Source: a virus (lineage: Duplodnaviria; Caudoviricetes). Taken from it: a DNA stretch of 58,046 nt. Under the pieces are notes generated by a model. That model did not search any database. It saw nothing but the letters and a program-made list of their open reading frames with translations, and had not been told where the DNA came from. Below, in pieces: positions 25,086-35,084 of this stretch. Each line of letters opens with the position of its first letter. The stretch's first letter is position 1. Position numbers and translations under genes: made by a program. The stretch lies in IMG/VR virus record IMGVR_UViG_3300025652_006157, positions 1-58,046 of that record; one strand, 5' to 3'.

Positions 25086-26057
25086 ATGAAAATACTATAC
25101 ACAGCTGACCTTCATATTAAACTGGGTCAGAAAAACGTACCAAAAGAGTGGCAGAAAAACCGCTTCAAAAAATTCTTCGAAGAGTTTTGTATCCTTGCTG
25201 AAGATGCTGACTTAGTAATCCTTGGAGGTGATATATTCGATCGCGCGCCCAACTTAGAAGAACTTGAACTATATTTTCAATTAGTTACGCGCTTACCTAC
25301 TAAGACGTATATTTATGATGGAAACCATGAGGCAACCAGAAAAGGACATACCTTCTTCGAAGCGTTAAAGCCTGTTACTGAGGCTCTTAATAAGAATGTA
25401 ACAATACTTTTAGGTGCACAACAAATTGAGGAGGGCGGTCAGAAGATTGACTTTATACCTTACACAGACTTGTATAAGTTAAAAACCGACCAGTTTTCTG
25501 ACTTAACATCTGATTTATTATGTACACATGTTAGAGGGGATATTCCTCCCCACGTGACAGCAGAAGTTGACCTAACACTATTTAATAAATGGAAAACTGT
25601 ACTAGCTGGCGATTTACATAGCTACAGCAATAGTCAGCGGAATATACTATATCCGGGCAGTCCTCTTACTACTTCCTTCCATAGAAAAGAAGTAAAGACA
25701 GGAGTTATACTGTTCGACACGGACGACCACTCACATATATGGATTGAGTTAAAACTTCCGCAACTTATACGTAAGACGGTAGATAATATGCAGGATGCTA
25801 TAGCTACAGGATTTCATCATACAGTTTACGAGATTGAAGGCTCAAGCTTAGAGTTAGCAGACATAGACACTAAGAATGACCTTATAGATAAAAAACTAGT
25901 TAAGCGAGAGTATTCATCTACGCTAGACTTAAGCAACAAAACCTTGAGAGAAGAAGTAATTATATACTTACAAGATATACAACATCTATCAGGTACGGAA
26001 ATTTCTACAGTTATGGGAGTATTTGATGATATATATACAAAAACTGCAGTGGAGTAA
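25086..26057 (+). CDS. SbcD/Mre11-like nuclease (D12)
   Basis: TADLH, GGDIFD, GNHE, AGDLH, YPGSP. Confidence 0.93.
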   Translation: MKILYTADLHIKLGQKNVPKEWQKNRFKKFFEEFCILAEDADLVILGGDIFDRAPNLEELELYFQLVTRLPTKTYIYDGNHEATRKGHTFFEALKPVTEALNKNVTILLGAQQIEEGGQKIDFIPYTDLYKLKTDQFSDLTSDLLCTHVRGDIPPHVTAEVDLTLFNKWKTVLAGDLHSYSNSQRNILYPGSPLTTSFHRKEVKTGVILFDTDDHSHIWIELKLPQLIRKTVDNMQDAIATGFHHTVYEIEGSSLELADIDTKNDLIDKKLVKREYSSTLDLSNKTLREEVIIYLQDIQHLSGTEISTVMGVFDDIYTKTAVE

Positions 26058-27849
26058 TTGGTTTAGTTATGGCGCTAGCAATGAGTTAGAGTTTACCAAC
26101 ACTTCCTTACTGCAGATTTGTGGTGCTAACGGCACAGGTAAAAGCTCCATACCAATTATACTAGAAGAAACTTTATTTGGTAAAAATAGCAAGGGTATTA
26201 AAAAGGCGGATATACCAAACAGAGCCATAGACTCAGCCGCTGTAGATAGTGTAGTCTACTTTTTAGCAGAGGATATTCAGTATGAAGTGCATCTACACAG
26301 AAAAGGGGCAAGTACTAAACTGACGTTAATTCAGGATAAAGAAGATATTTCAAGCCATACAGCTACTGGAACATACACCCAAATAGCTAATATTCTAGGT
26401 TTAGACTATAAACTATACTCTCAGCTAACATACCAAAGCAGTACAAGCAGCTTACAGTTCTTGAAGGCTACAGATACTGAGCGGAAGAAATTTCTAATCT
26501 CTCTATTTAACCTCGATGATTACCTTGCCTTACATGAGCAGTTCAAGAACGAGCATAAAGTAGTAAGTAGTAAAACGACATATATTTCAGGTCAGGCGGA
26601 TAGTTCTAGTAAGTGGCTGGCTAGTCACAAGGATATGGACTTAACTGAAAAACCCTTTCAAGAACTACCTATAGTCGAATCTAGTGATATAGATGAATTA
26701 TCTGCTCTTTCTAACTCATTGACCAATATTAAGTCTAATAACGTAAAGATTAATAAAAATAATGCGTATAAGGTCAAGCTAGAGGAGATTGATAAAGACC
26801 TTCTAATTTATAAAGAAGATGCCCCTGCAGAATCTGCCCTCTCTAATATAGAGGGCGATATTAAAGTAGAGGCGGCCAATCTTGCTAGAGTTAACAGAGA
26901 GCTAAAACTGCTAGAAGCTAAAAGTATAGATAAGACATGCAGTTCCTGCGGACAAACCATACATGCAGAAAATGTAGCAGATATGGTTGAAAAATTGAAG
27001 AAGGAGGCGTCTACTAGTAAGTACAAAACCGATGGGTTTTCAGAAACACTAGTTGTTGTAAAAGCATCTGTTGCAGCATATAAGAAGCACAGGTCTGCGG
27101 TTGATGAGTTTGAGAAGCTATCTAATTATATAGATGACTCCCTTCCAGAGGAGATAGACTCAGAAGAAGACCTAGAAGTAAGCATTACAGCTATTAAAGC
27201 TAAGATTAGAGATAGAGAGTCAGAGGTTAAGAAAGTATCTTTAAAAAATGCAGAAGCCACAGCACATAATGCTAAGATAGAAATACTTTCCGAAGAGTTG
27301 AAAACACATACTGAAAAATTGAGTAGTCTGTTTTCTGAGCAGACTAGTCTACAAAATAAGATGGCTGTTTTAGCCACGCTTAAAGACGCTTTTGGAACAA
27401 CAGGACTATTAACCTATAAACTAGAGTTTGTTGTGAAAGCATTAGAAGAGGAGATAAATAATTATCTTGTCGAGCTTTCCTCGGGACGCTTCCAGATATT
27501 GTTTGTCCTTGTAAAAGATAAATTAAATATCGAGATTATAGATAATGGAACTAATATTTCTATTAATGCTTTGTCTACTGGCGAACTTGCAAGAGTTAAT
27601 ACAAGTACTGTATTGGCTATCCGCAAGCTTATGTCAAATATCAGCAAGACTAAACTCAACTTACTCTTTCTTGATGAGATCATGGGTGTGTTGGATGAAG
27701 AAGGGAAAGATACCCTAATTGCATTACTGATTAAAGAGAACCTTAATACCCTTATTGTTAGCCATGAATTCCAACACCCACTGGTTCCACAAGTACTAGT
27801 CTCTAAAAATGAGCAAGACATTGCAAGTATTGAGAAAGTTAATGGATAG
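26023..27849 (+). CDS. SbcC/Rad50-like ATPase (D13)
   Basis: GANGTGKS, CSSC zinc hook, LSTGE, LFLDE. Confidence 0.93.
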   Translation: MMIYIQKLQWSNWFSYGASNELEFTNTSLLQICGANGTGKSSIPIILEETLFGKNSKGIKKADIPNRAIDSAAVDSVVYFLAEDIQYEVHLHRKGASTKLTLIQDKEDISSHTATGTYTQIANILGLDYKLYSQLTYQSSTSSLQFLKATDTERKKFLISLFNLDDYLALHEQFKNEHKVVSSKTTYISGQADSSSKWLASHKDMDLTEKPFQELPIVESSDIDELSALSNSLTNIKSNNVKINKNNAYKVKLEEIDKDLLIYKEDAPAESALSNIEGDIKVEAANLARVNRELKLLEAKSIDKTCSSCGQTIHAENVADMVEKLKKEASTSKYKTDGFSETLVVVKASVAAYKKHRSAVDEFEKLSNYIDDSLPEEIDSEEDLEVSITAIKAKIRDRESEVKKVSLKNAEATAHNAKIEILSEELKTHTEKLSSLFSEQTSLQNKMAVLATLKDAFGTTGLLTYKLEFVVKALEEEINNYLVELSSGRFQILFVLVKDKLNIEIIDNGTNISINALSTGELARVNTSTVLAIRKLMSNISKTKLNLLFLDEIMGVLDEEGKDTLIALLIKENLNTLIVSHEFQHPLVPQVLVSKNEQDIASIEKVNG

Positions 27850-28048
27850 TATGTTAGGGCTAAAAGCCTTAATAAAAAACCACTACCCAGAACTAGAACC
27901 TAACGGAAGTAGGTCTCTGTTTGAGGCTGTATGTGATATAGCAGACAAAGTAGGATATATCAGACCAAATAGTTATGACCTTATAGAACCCTATCCCGGT
28001 AACTTAGTAGATTTCATAATAGATAAGTATAAAAAAGGGCTTGACTGA
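27842..28048 (+). CDS. Hypothetical protein
   Basis: Coupled ORF between D13 and D14. Confidence 0.55.
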   Translation: MDSMLGLKALIKNHYPELEPNGSRSLFEAVCDIADKVGYIRPNSYDLIEPYPGNLVDFIIDKYKKGLD

Positions 28049-28503
28049 TGGTAGCTAAAGTAGATTCAAGAGCCAAAGGCGCTAGGATAGAGGCTCAAAT
28101 AAAGAAAGTGCTTAAAGAGAGAACAGGCTTAAACTGGGAAAGGATTCCCTCCTCTGGAGCACTAGATGCCAAACACGGGTTGAAAGGAGATTTGTACGTT
28201 CCTGGAGAAGGTAATCTATTCTGTGTAGAGGTTAAAGGCTATAAAGACGATCATATTAATAGTGGACTACTTACCCATAAAACACCTCAGATAGAGGAGT
28301 GGGTAATACAGGCTAGAAGACAGGGCGTGCAGGTAGATAAGAAATGGCTATTAATATTTAAGTTCGATAGAAGTAAAATATTTGTATGCTTCGAAGATGA
28401 ACCAATAGAAGAGTATAGGTATATATACTATTCACACTTGAACGTATATATGGCGCTTTTAGATGATTGGCTAGAAGACAACCCAAAATTTATAAAGGTA
28501 TAA
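28048..28503 (+). CDS. D14-like PD-(D/E)xK nuclease / Holliday junction resolvase
   Basis: SRAKGARIE, RIPSSGA, KGDL, CVEVK. Confidence 0.85.
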   Translation: MVAKVDSRAKGARIEAQIKKVLKERTGLNWERIPSSGALDAKHGLKGDLYVPGEGNLFCVEVKGYKDDHINSGLLTHKTPQIEEWVIQARRQGVQVDKKWLLIFKFDRSKIFVCFEDEPIEEYRYIYYSHLNVYMALLDDWLEDNPKFIKV

Positions 28504-28506
28504 TTA

Positions 28507-29337
28507 ATGGCTACATCATTTGCAAAAATGGGAGATAAATCTAGTTTTAATAATCTACTAGTATTAGATAGTCTTAACTTAGCATTTAGGTATAAACATG
28601 CTAAAACTAGGAACTATGCGGCTAAGTATTTAGAGACTGTTAGGTCTTTAGCTAACTCATACGAGTGTCGTGATATAATCATAACTGCTGATTTTAAGGG
28701 CTCAAGCTACAGGAGAGGTATAGACCCTGAGTACAAGGCTAACAGGAAAGTATTAAAAGAGAAACAATCACCAGAAGAAAGAGAAGAGTTTGAAGAGTTC
28801 TTCGAGGATTACCTTAAAACTCTAGAGATACTAGAGTTAGCAGGTTTTCCAATATTAAAGTATGAGGGCGTAGAGGCGGATGATATTGCCGCGTATATCT
28901 CTAAGTACTACAGTAAGAACTATGAACATACTTGGTTAATAAGTTCGGATCGAGATTGGGACTTATTAGTAAATAAAAAAGTTTCTAGGTTTTCATATGT
29001 AACAAGAAAGGAGATTACTTTAGATAATTGGGAACAGCATTACGACTGCACGCAAGAGCAGTACATATCTTTAAAAGTTCTCCAAGGAGATTCGGGAGAT
29101 AACGTTCCAGGGGTTGCAGGTATTGGACCTAAACGTGCGGCTTCTTTACTAAGAGAGTACGGTAGTGCTTTAGATATTTACGACATGCTACCAATAGACC
29201 AGAAGTATAAGCATATACAAAACTTAAATGAGTTCGGGGACCGCATACTGGTTAACTATGAACTAATGGACCTACTCACCTTCTGCGAGGCAGCAATCGG
29301 AGAAGACAATATCAAAGACATAGAAGGAAAACTATGA
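28507..29337 (+). CDS. Flap endonuclease / 5'-3' exonuclease (D15)
   Basis: LDSLNLAFR, YKANR, GVEADD, SSDRDW, GDSGDNVPGV.GIGPK. Confidence 0.95.
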   Translation: MATSFAKMGDKSSFNNLLVLDSLNLAFRYKHAKTRNYAAKYLETVRSLANSYECRDIIITADFKGSSYRRGIDPEYKANRKVLKEKQSPEEREEFEEFFEDYLKTLEILELAGFPILKYEGVEADDIAAYISKYYSKNYEHTWLISSDRDWDLLVNKKVSRFSYVTRKEITLDNWEQHYDCTQEQYISLKVLQGDSGDNVPGVAGIGPKRAASLLREYGSALDIYDMLPIDQKYKHIQNLNEFGDRILVNYELMDLLTFCEAAIGEDNIKDIEGKL

Positions 29338-29936
29338 GCCAACACAATCATGACGATTTAAAGTATTTATACCTTACAGAGGTAATATATACCTGCACAC
29401 ATCATACTATTTACCTATCAGACGGGATTGAGCAAAATAGAGAGTTTGACCAAATGATTGCGGCTTTAAGAACCTCAGGGGGGGACGATTTACTAGAGGT
29501 TAGGATTAACTCTGGAGGAGGAGAAGTTTCAGTAGGACAGAAGTTTATAGCTCTAATGGCTGAAATATTCCCTGCTAGATCTATTACAGTAATGGAGGCA
29601 GAAGCAAGCTCTATGGCAGCTATGATATTCCTAGCAGGAGATAAACGCGTAGTATATGAGCACAGCATGTGTATGCTTCACAACTACAGCGTAGGAATGT
29701 ACGGTAAGGGTGGAGAGGTTGGAGATAGATACGCTGCAACTAACGGCTCTATGATCTCTTACCTTAAGCTAGCTATAGACCCTTATGTTAGAAAGGGAGA
29801 GTTCAAAAGAATTTTAGATGGAAAGGATTTATACTTAGATGCCTACCAATTATGTAAACGTGGAGCTGCTACCCACATCATTGTAGCCGGTACAGAAATA
29901 GAAGCTGCGGAGTACGTTAAAAATGTTAAAAATTGA
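29334..29936 (+). CDS. ClpP-like serine protease
   Basis: RINSGGG, ASSMAA, CMLHN, DLYLDA. Confidence 0.85.
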   Translation: MSQHNHDDLKYLYLTEVIYTCTHHTIYLSDGIEQNREFDQMIAALRTSGGDDLLEVRINSGGGEVSVGQKFIALMAEIFPARSITVMEAEASSMAAMIFLAGDKRVVYEHSMCMLHNYSVGMYGKGGEVGDRYAATNGSMISYLKLAIDPYVRKGEFKRILDGKDLYLDAYQLCKRGAATHIIVAGTEIEAAEYVKNVKN

Positions 29937-30351
29937 TATGGTTTTTGAGAAAGGCTGTTACCCAGAAAAAGCACACCCAACGGATGCGGGATTTGACCTA
30001 AAAAGTAATGAAGAATCCTTTACTTTAGAGCCAGGAACTAAAAGAAAGGTTAGTTCTGGCGTTAAGTTAGATATTCCTTCTGGTTACGTTGGAGTAGCTG
30101 CTCCTAGAAGTGGATTAGGAACAAAGTTCGAGGTTGTCCTCGCCAATACTTTAGGTATTATTGATGCTCACTACACTGGAGAGGTTTCGCTTACCCTAAC
30201 CAACAAAGGTAAAGTACCTATAGATATTGCGCAGTTTGACAGAGTTGCTCAACTATTAATTCTACCAGTACCAGAAGTTCAGTTCTTATCCGTACAAACA
30301 CTAAAAGATTCTCCAAGAGGAAATAAAGGACATGGGTCAACAGGTAAATGA
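29923..30351 (+). CDS. dut: dUTPase
   Basis: AGFDL, PRSGLG, GIIDAHYTGE, RVAQL, RGNKGHGSTG. Confidence 0.96.
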   Translation: MLKIDMVFEKGCYPEKAHPTDAGFDLKSNEESFTLEPGTKRKVSSGVKLDIPSGYVGVAAPRSGLGTKFEVVLANTLGIIDAHYTGEVSLTLTNKGKVPIDIAQFDRVAQLLILPVPEVQFLSVQTLKDSPRGNKGHGSTGK

Positions 30352-32231
30352 TTAAATTAAAAACAATAGACTATCAAAGGGATTTATTCCTTACAGACTT
30401 CGCTATAGCTATCTTACAGGATAGGTATTTGAAGCCTGACGAGAGTTCTCCGCAAGATGCTCTAGCTAGGGCAGCGGTAGCTTTCTCAGATGATGAAGCA
30501 CACGCTTCTCGTATTTATAATTATGCTTCGCGCCAGTGGTTCATGTACGCTACTCCAGTTCTAAGTAATGCCCCAACTAGAAGCTCTTGGGGAGATACTT
30601 GGGCTGATAACTTCTTGCCTAAGCACTTTGATGATAAGATTATCGGTATGCCTATATCTTGCTTCCTTAATCATGTACCAGATAGCCGTGGAGGTTTAGG
30701 AGACCATTATGTTGAGAACATTTGGTTGGCCTCTATGGGTGGCGGCATTGGTGGTTACTGGGGTAATATACGCAGTGATGGCGCTACTACTTCTAATGGT
30801 AGTAGGTCTACTGGCTCTATTCCGTTTATGCACGTCGTTGATAGTCAGATGCTGGCTTTCAATCAAGGAACGTCTAGGCGGGGTTCTTACGCGGCTTGGC
30901 AAGGTCTTTCGCACCCAGAAATTTTAGAGTTTATAGACCTAAGAAACCCTACGGGCGGTGATGCTAACCGTAAGTGTTTGAATTTACACCACGGAGTAGT
31001 TATTCCCGATAGCTTTATGGAGTTACTAGACCGGTTAGAAGTCGACCCTGAGTTAGACCCTATGTGGGGTTTAATAGACCCAAATACCGACACAGTAGTA
31101 GATAAGATAGATGCTAGAGCTTTAGTACAAAAGATTTTGGAAACTAGGGCTAAATCTGGCGAACCTTACGTTATGTTTGGGGATACAGTTAATAATGCTC
31201 TTCCAGACCCTCAGAAACTTCTAGGTCTTAAGGTTCATCACTCTAACCTCTGCTCAGAGATTACACTAGCCACAAGCGATGATAGAACCGCTGTATGCTG
31301 TTTATCTTCAGTAAACTTAGATAAGTTTGACGAGTCTTCGCAAGACCCAATGTTTATTCCTGACTTAATCCGCTTCTTAGATAATGTTCTAGAGTTCTTT
31401 ATTTTAAATGCTCCTGAGTCTATGTTTAGGGCTGTCTACTCTGCTTCGCAAGAGCGTAGTATAGGTCTTGGTGCTATGGGATTCCACTCTTACTTACAAA
31501 GTAAAAATGTACCTATTGAGTCGGCTTTAGCTATCTCCCACAACAAGAGAATTTTTGACTTCATAGCAGATAGAGCAGACACAGCAACTATGGAGCTTGC
31601 CAAAGAACGGGGCGAAGCCCCAGATATGGTCGGTACTGGTGTGCGTAATGCTCACCGCTTAGCTATTGCTCCTAATGCTTCATCTGGTATCATTGCTGGA
31701 GTTTCTCCTAGTTGTGAAATGGCAGCTGCTAATGCGTTTACACAGAAAACAATGTCTGGTAGCTTCTTAGTTAAGAACAAATACCTACAGAAGGTCTTAG
31801 AAAAAGCTTATCATGAACTGGCTGACCATGCACATGACTTAGGTTTTGAATACCTTGATGCTAGTGATTGGATGGACGACGTTTGGAAGCACATTATAAC
31901 TAATGAAGGCTCTGTGGCAGGGTTAGACTTCTTAACCACATGGGAAAAGGAAGTTTATAAAACAGCGCCAGAAGCTAAACAGACTTGGATAGTAGATTTA
32001 GCAGCAGATAGGCAGAAACGTATATGCCAAGCACAATCTTTAAACCTCTTTTATGCCGCAGATGTAAGTGTAGAAGAGTTATACTACGATTTTAAACGTG
32101 CTTGGAAGAAAGGCGTTAAAACTTTATATTACCAAAGGTCTGCGGCAATTCGTAGAGCTGAAGTAGTTTCCCAGTCCGTTGCTAGAATTAAACTAGACGA
32201 AGACGATGAATGTTTAGCGTGTGAGGGCTAA
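30348..32231 (+). CDS. nrdA: Ribonucleotide reductase class Ia alpha subunit (no ATP cone)
   Basis: ATPVLSN, PISCF, SNLCSEI, VCCLSS, IAPNASS, KTLYY, C-terminal CLACEG. Confidence 0.96.
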   Translation: MIKLKTIDYQRDLFLTDFAIAILQDRYLKPDESSPQDALARAAVAFSDDEAHASRIYNYASRQWFMYATPVLSNAPTRSSWGDTWADNFLPKHFDDKIIGMPISCFLNHVPDSRGGLGDHYVENIWLASMGGGIGGYWGNIRSDGATTSNGSRSTGSIPFMHVVDSQMLAFNQGTSRRGSYAAWQGLSHPEILEFIDLRNPTGGDANRKCLNLHHGVVIPDSFMELLDRLEVDPELDPMWGLIDPNTDTVVDKIDARALVQKILETRAKSGEPYVMFGDTVNNALPDPQKLLGLKVHHSNLCSEITLATSDDRTAVCCLSSVNLDKFDESSQDPMFIPDLIRFLDNVLEFFILNAPESMFRAVYSASQERSIGLGAMGFHSYLQSKNVPIESALAISHNKRIFDFIADRADTATMELAKERGEAPDMVGTGVRNAHRLAIAPNASSGIIAGVSPSCEMAAANAFTQKTMSGSFLVKNKYLQKVLEKAYHELADHAHDLGFEYLDASDWMDDVWKHIITNEGSVAGLDFLTTWEKEVYKTAPEAKQTWIVDLAADRQKRICQAQSLNLFYAADVSVEELYYDFKRAWKKGVKTLYYQRSAAIRRAEVVSQSVARIKLDEDDECLACEG

Positions 32232-32237
32232 TAGAAT

Positions 32238-33224
32238 ATGGAAGATGTAAAACCACTTTGTAAAATGTTAACAGGTAGAGACTACTACAAGCCTTTTGAT
32301 TATCCTTGGGCTTTTGAGTACTACAACCTACAGCAACAAATGCATTGGCACCCTGAGGAGGTGCCTTTGCATCAAGATGTAAAAGATTGGAACCAAAAGC
32401 TATCTCAGGCTGAGAAAAACCAATTAACTCAGATTTTTAGGTTCTTTACTCAAGGCGATGCTGACGTATCTAATGGTTATTTTGACGAGTACATTCCTAA
32501 GTTTAAAAAACCAGAACTAAGAATGATGTTGGGTGCATTTGCTAACATGGAAGGCATTCATCAACATGCTTACTCTTTGTTACTAGATACTGTTGGTATG
32601 CCTGAAACAGAGTATAAAGCATTCTATGAGTATGAGGAAATGGCTAAAAAGCATGACTTCGTATTGAAGTTTAAAGGCTCTGAAAGCACTTACGATATAG
32701 CTAAAGCCTTAGCTGTTTACTCTGGATTTACCGAAGGTTTACAGTTGTTTAGCTCTTTCGTAATTCTATTAAACTTCTCTAGGTTTAACAAGATGAAAGG
32801 CATGTCCCAGATCGTAACTTGGTCTATTCGTGATGAATCTTTACATGTTGAAGGTATGACCAGCCTGTTCCGAGAGTTCGTAAAAGAAAACATAGAAATA
32901 TGGACAGACGAGTTTAAGCAAGAAATCTACACAATCTGTAGGCATATGGTTAAACTAGAGGATGCTTTCATAGACCTTGCATTTGAACAGGGCGGTATTG
33001 AGGGCTTAGCTGCTTCGGAAGTTAAACAGTATGTTAGATATATTGCTGACAGAAGACTTCTTCAGTTAGGTTTAAAAACCAACTACGACATTAGAGAAAA
33101 CCCCCTTCCTTGGCTAGATTGGATACTTAATGGTGTTGAGCATACCAACTTCTTCGAGAACCGAGCAACCGAGTACGCGAAAGGAGCTTTGACAGGTTCA
33201 TGGGGCAACATCTGGGCTAAGTAG
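32238..33224 (+). CDS. nrdB: Ribonucleotide reductase beta subunit
   Basis: YKPFDYPWA, EGIHQHAY, EGLQLF, RDESLH, NFFENRATEY. Confidence 0.96.
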   Translation: MEDVKPLCKMLTGRDYYKPFDYPWAFEYYNLQQQMHWHPEEVPLHQDVKDWNQKLSQAEKNQLTQIFRFFTQGDADVSNGYFDEYIPKFKKPELRMMLGAFANMEGIHQHAYSLLLDTVGMPETEYKAFYEYEEMAKKHDFVLKFKGSESTYDIAKALAVYSGFTEGLQLFSSFVILLNFSRFNKMKGMSQIVTWSIRDESLHVEGMTSLFREFVKENIEIWTDEFKQEIYTICRHMVKLEDAFIDLAFEQGGIEGLAASEVKQYVRYIADRRLLQLGLKTNYDIRENPLPWLDWILNGVEHTNFFENRATEYAKGALTGSWGNIWAK

Positions 33225-33420
33225 TAAACCGACGGGTTTTACTTTTTCCAAAAACAAAAAATAAAATTTCAAAAACTTTACGGGAACGCAATGATTTATT
33301 CATTGTGTTCCTTTTTGCGTTTTAAGACCTGAATTAAATATGAAAAGCTATTATTTTTGATAATTTGGAAGTAAGAGCTATCATTATGGCTCTTACTTTT
33401 TCAAAATAAATAACAGACAT

Positions 33421-33458
33421 AAAAAAGCCCCTTCAACGCAAGTTGTTGGGGCTTTTTT
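33421..33458. terminator. Bidirectional terminator between convergent early and late regions
   Basis: AAAAAAGCCCC-TTCAAC-GCAA-GTTG-TT-GGGGCTTTTTT. Confidence 0.88.
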
Positions 33459-33469
33459 GTACATCAAAT

Positions 33470-33742
33470 TTAAGGGGCTAGAGGTATTCTGCTAACTAAA
33501 GAATCTATAGCTTTAAATGCAGAGTTTCCTACTCCTTTACCACTATCTAAGCTAGTAGTTAAGCTACAGTCTTTATCTATAGAAATAGAGCCATCTGTTA
33601 TATCTCTAGAAGATGATATTTCTAGTGTACAGCCTGTTTCAGTTCTTGCATACTTATACGCTGCGCCTCCTCCTGAGGTACCAGGAGATAGCGCACATGC
33701 AGTAAGCATAAAGCAAGTTAAAAGTATAATTATATACTTCAT
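33470..33742 (-). CDS. Small lipoprotein
   Basis: Signal peptide with lipobox LTAC. Confidence 0.75.
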   Translation of the reverse strand: MKYIIILLTCFMLTACALSPGTSGGGAAYKYARTETGCTLEISSSRDITDGSISIDKDCSLTTSLDSGKGVGNSAFKAIDSLVSRIPLAP

Positions 33743-34590
33743 TTAATTAAAAACTCCAGGGTAGCCTTCCAACCACTTTGAATTAAAGCATCTTTATCTT
33801 TAGTTTTTAGTTTGAAATCCATAGCTGATATACTTCCACAATCTACGATAATTGTTTTAGCCCAATCTCTTTTAGATATGTGCTTAGTTTGTAGGTTATC
33901 ATAGATTATATTAAATATATTTATAGAATACTGTAAAACATTATTATGGTTATAAACATGTCCACCCTTAATTTCCTCAGAAGTCTCAAGTTTAATACCT
34001 ATAGTATCTCCACCTTTTCTATCAAAGAAATTAATTGGGTAGTTGTTTAAGACTCCGCCATCAATATATAAATGCCCCTCTAGCTCTACAGGGACAAAAA
34101 CGAAAGGAATTGACATGCTAGCCCTACAGGCTGTAACTATGGACATACTAGGGTGTGTTTCTTTTGAGAAAACTACCTGAGTTCCTAAGTCTAAACACGT
34201 AGCTGCTATATAAAGGTTCTTACTGTTTTCAGTGTTTGCAAGTTCTGCAAATGTACACTGCCTATTCCCAGTATAAGCTTCTACTATATCTGCTAGCCAA
34301 TGTTCAAAGAAATCACCTTTATGCTTTCCATACTTGGAAACAAAGCGGTAAGTATCCCTAAACGCACCAAAGCTATCATCTTTAAACTCTGTGTAATCTA
34401 TAGACCTTAGAGCCCCTTCTATTTCACCGGCAGTCATTCCTAAGGCTAGGAACACAGCAGCGATTGCTCCGGCTGATACTCCTAGAACGTTTTCTATCTG
34501 AGTGAGCTGCTTCTGGCTCGATAAGGCAGAGAATACTCCAGCATATGCTATGCCTTTTACTCCTCCGCCCTCTAGTACTAAGTTTTTCAT
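33739..34590 (-). CDS. Patatin-like phospholipase
   Basis: EGGGVKG, GVSAG, ASMSIP, DGG. Confidence 0.93.
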   Translation of the reverse strand: MKNLVLEGGGVKGIAYAGVFSALSSQKQLTQIENVLGVSAGAIAAVFLALGMTAGEIEGALRSIDYTEFKDDSFGAFRDTYRFVSKYGKHKGDFFEHWLADIVEAYTGNRQCTFAELANTENSKNLYIAATCLDLGTQVVFSKETHPSMSIVTACRASMSIPFVFVPVELEGHLYIDGGVLNNYPINFFDRKGGDTIGIKLETSEEIKGGHVYNHNNVLQYSINIFNIIYDNLQTKHISKRDWAKTIIVDCGSISAMDFKLKTKDKDALIQSGWKATLEFLIK

Positions 34591-34604
34591 TTATTATCCT
34601 ATTA

Positions 34605-35084
34605 CTAAGAAGGTATCCAGAGAGCTGTCTGTGCCTCACCCGCCAAACGTAACGCTTCTTTCAATTCTTCGTGGGTAACAAGGGTGGGCGTATTATCTGC
34701 CAGCACCCAATAAGTCGTGTCGCCCGCATCACTAGCCGCAACAGCGCGAGCCATGCGGTTCTGTGATATTTCGTCACCATCGAATGACTTGCCCGAAGCC
34801 GTTGTTACTACAATTTGAGAAACCGCCAACTCACGAGAAGCTTTGAAGTCAGCCATAGCCTTAGCATCAATCTCAGCTTGTGACGGCACATAAGGTACGT
34901 GAGCCGCTATCAAATTAGCGTTATCAACTAGCCATTGTTTAATCTGAATCATGTGAGGTTCTTGGTCATCATCCAATGGGTTAACTGATGTGGGTATCCA
35001 GCCAAACTCGTCCGTTAAAATTTCTAAATAAATTGATGAATCATTAGTATATTGTGCGTTTCTATAATTAGTTATTGTTGTCAT
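34605..35084 (-). CDS. Tail fibre assembly-like protein (DUF4376-like C-terminus)
   Basis: FGWIP; FDGDEISQNRMARA...WVLADN. Confidence 0.75.
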   Translation of the reverse strand: MTTITNYRNAQYTNDSSIYLEILTDEFGWIPTSVNPLDDDQEPHMIQIKQWLVDNANLIAAHVPYVPSQAEIDAKAMADFKASRELAVSQIVVTTASGKSFDGDEISQNRMARAVAASDAGDTTYWVLADNTPTLVTHEELKEALRLAGEAQTALWIPS

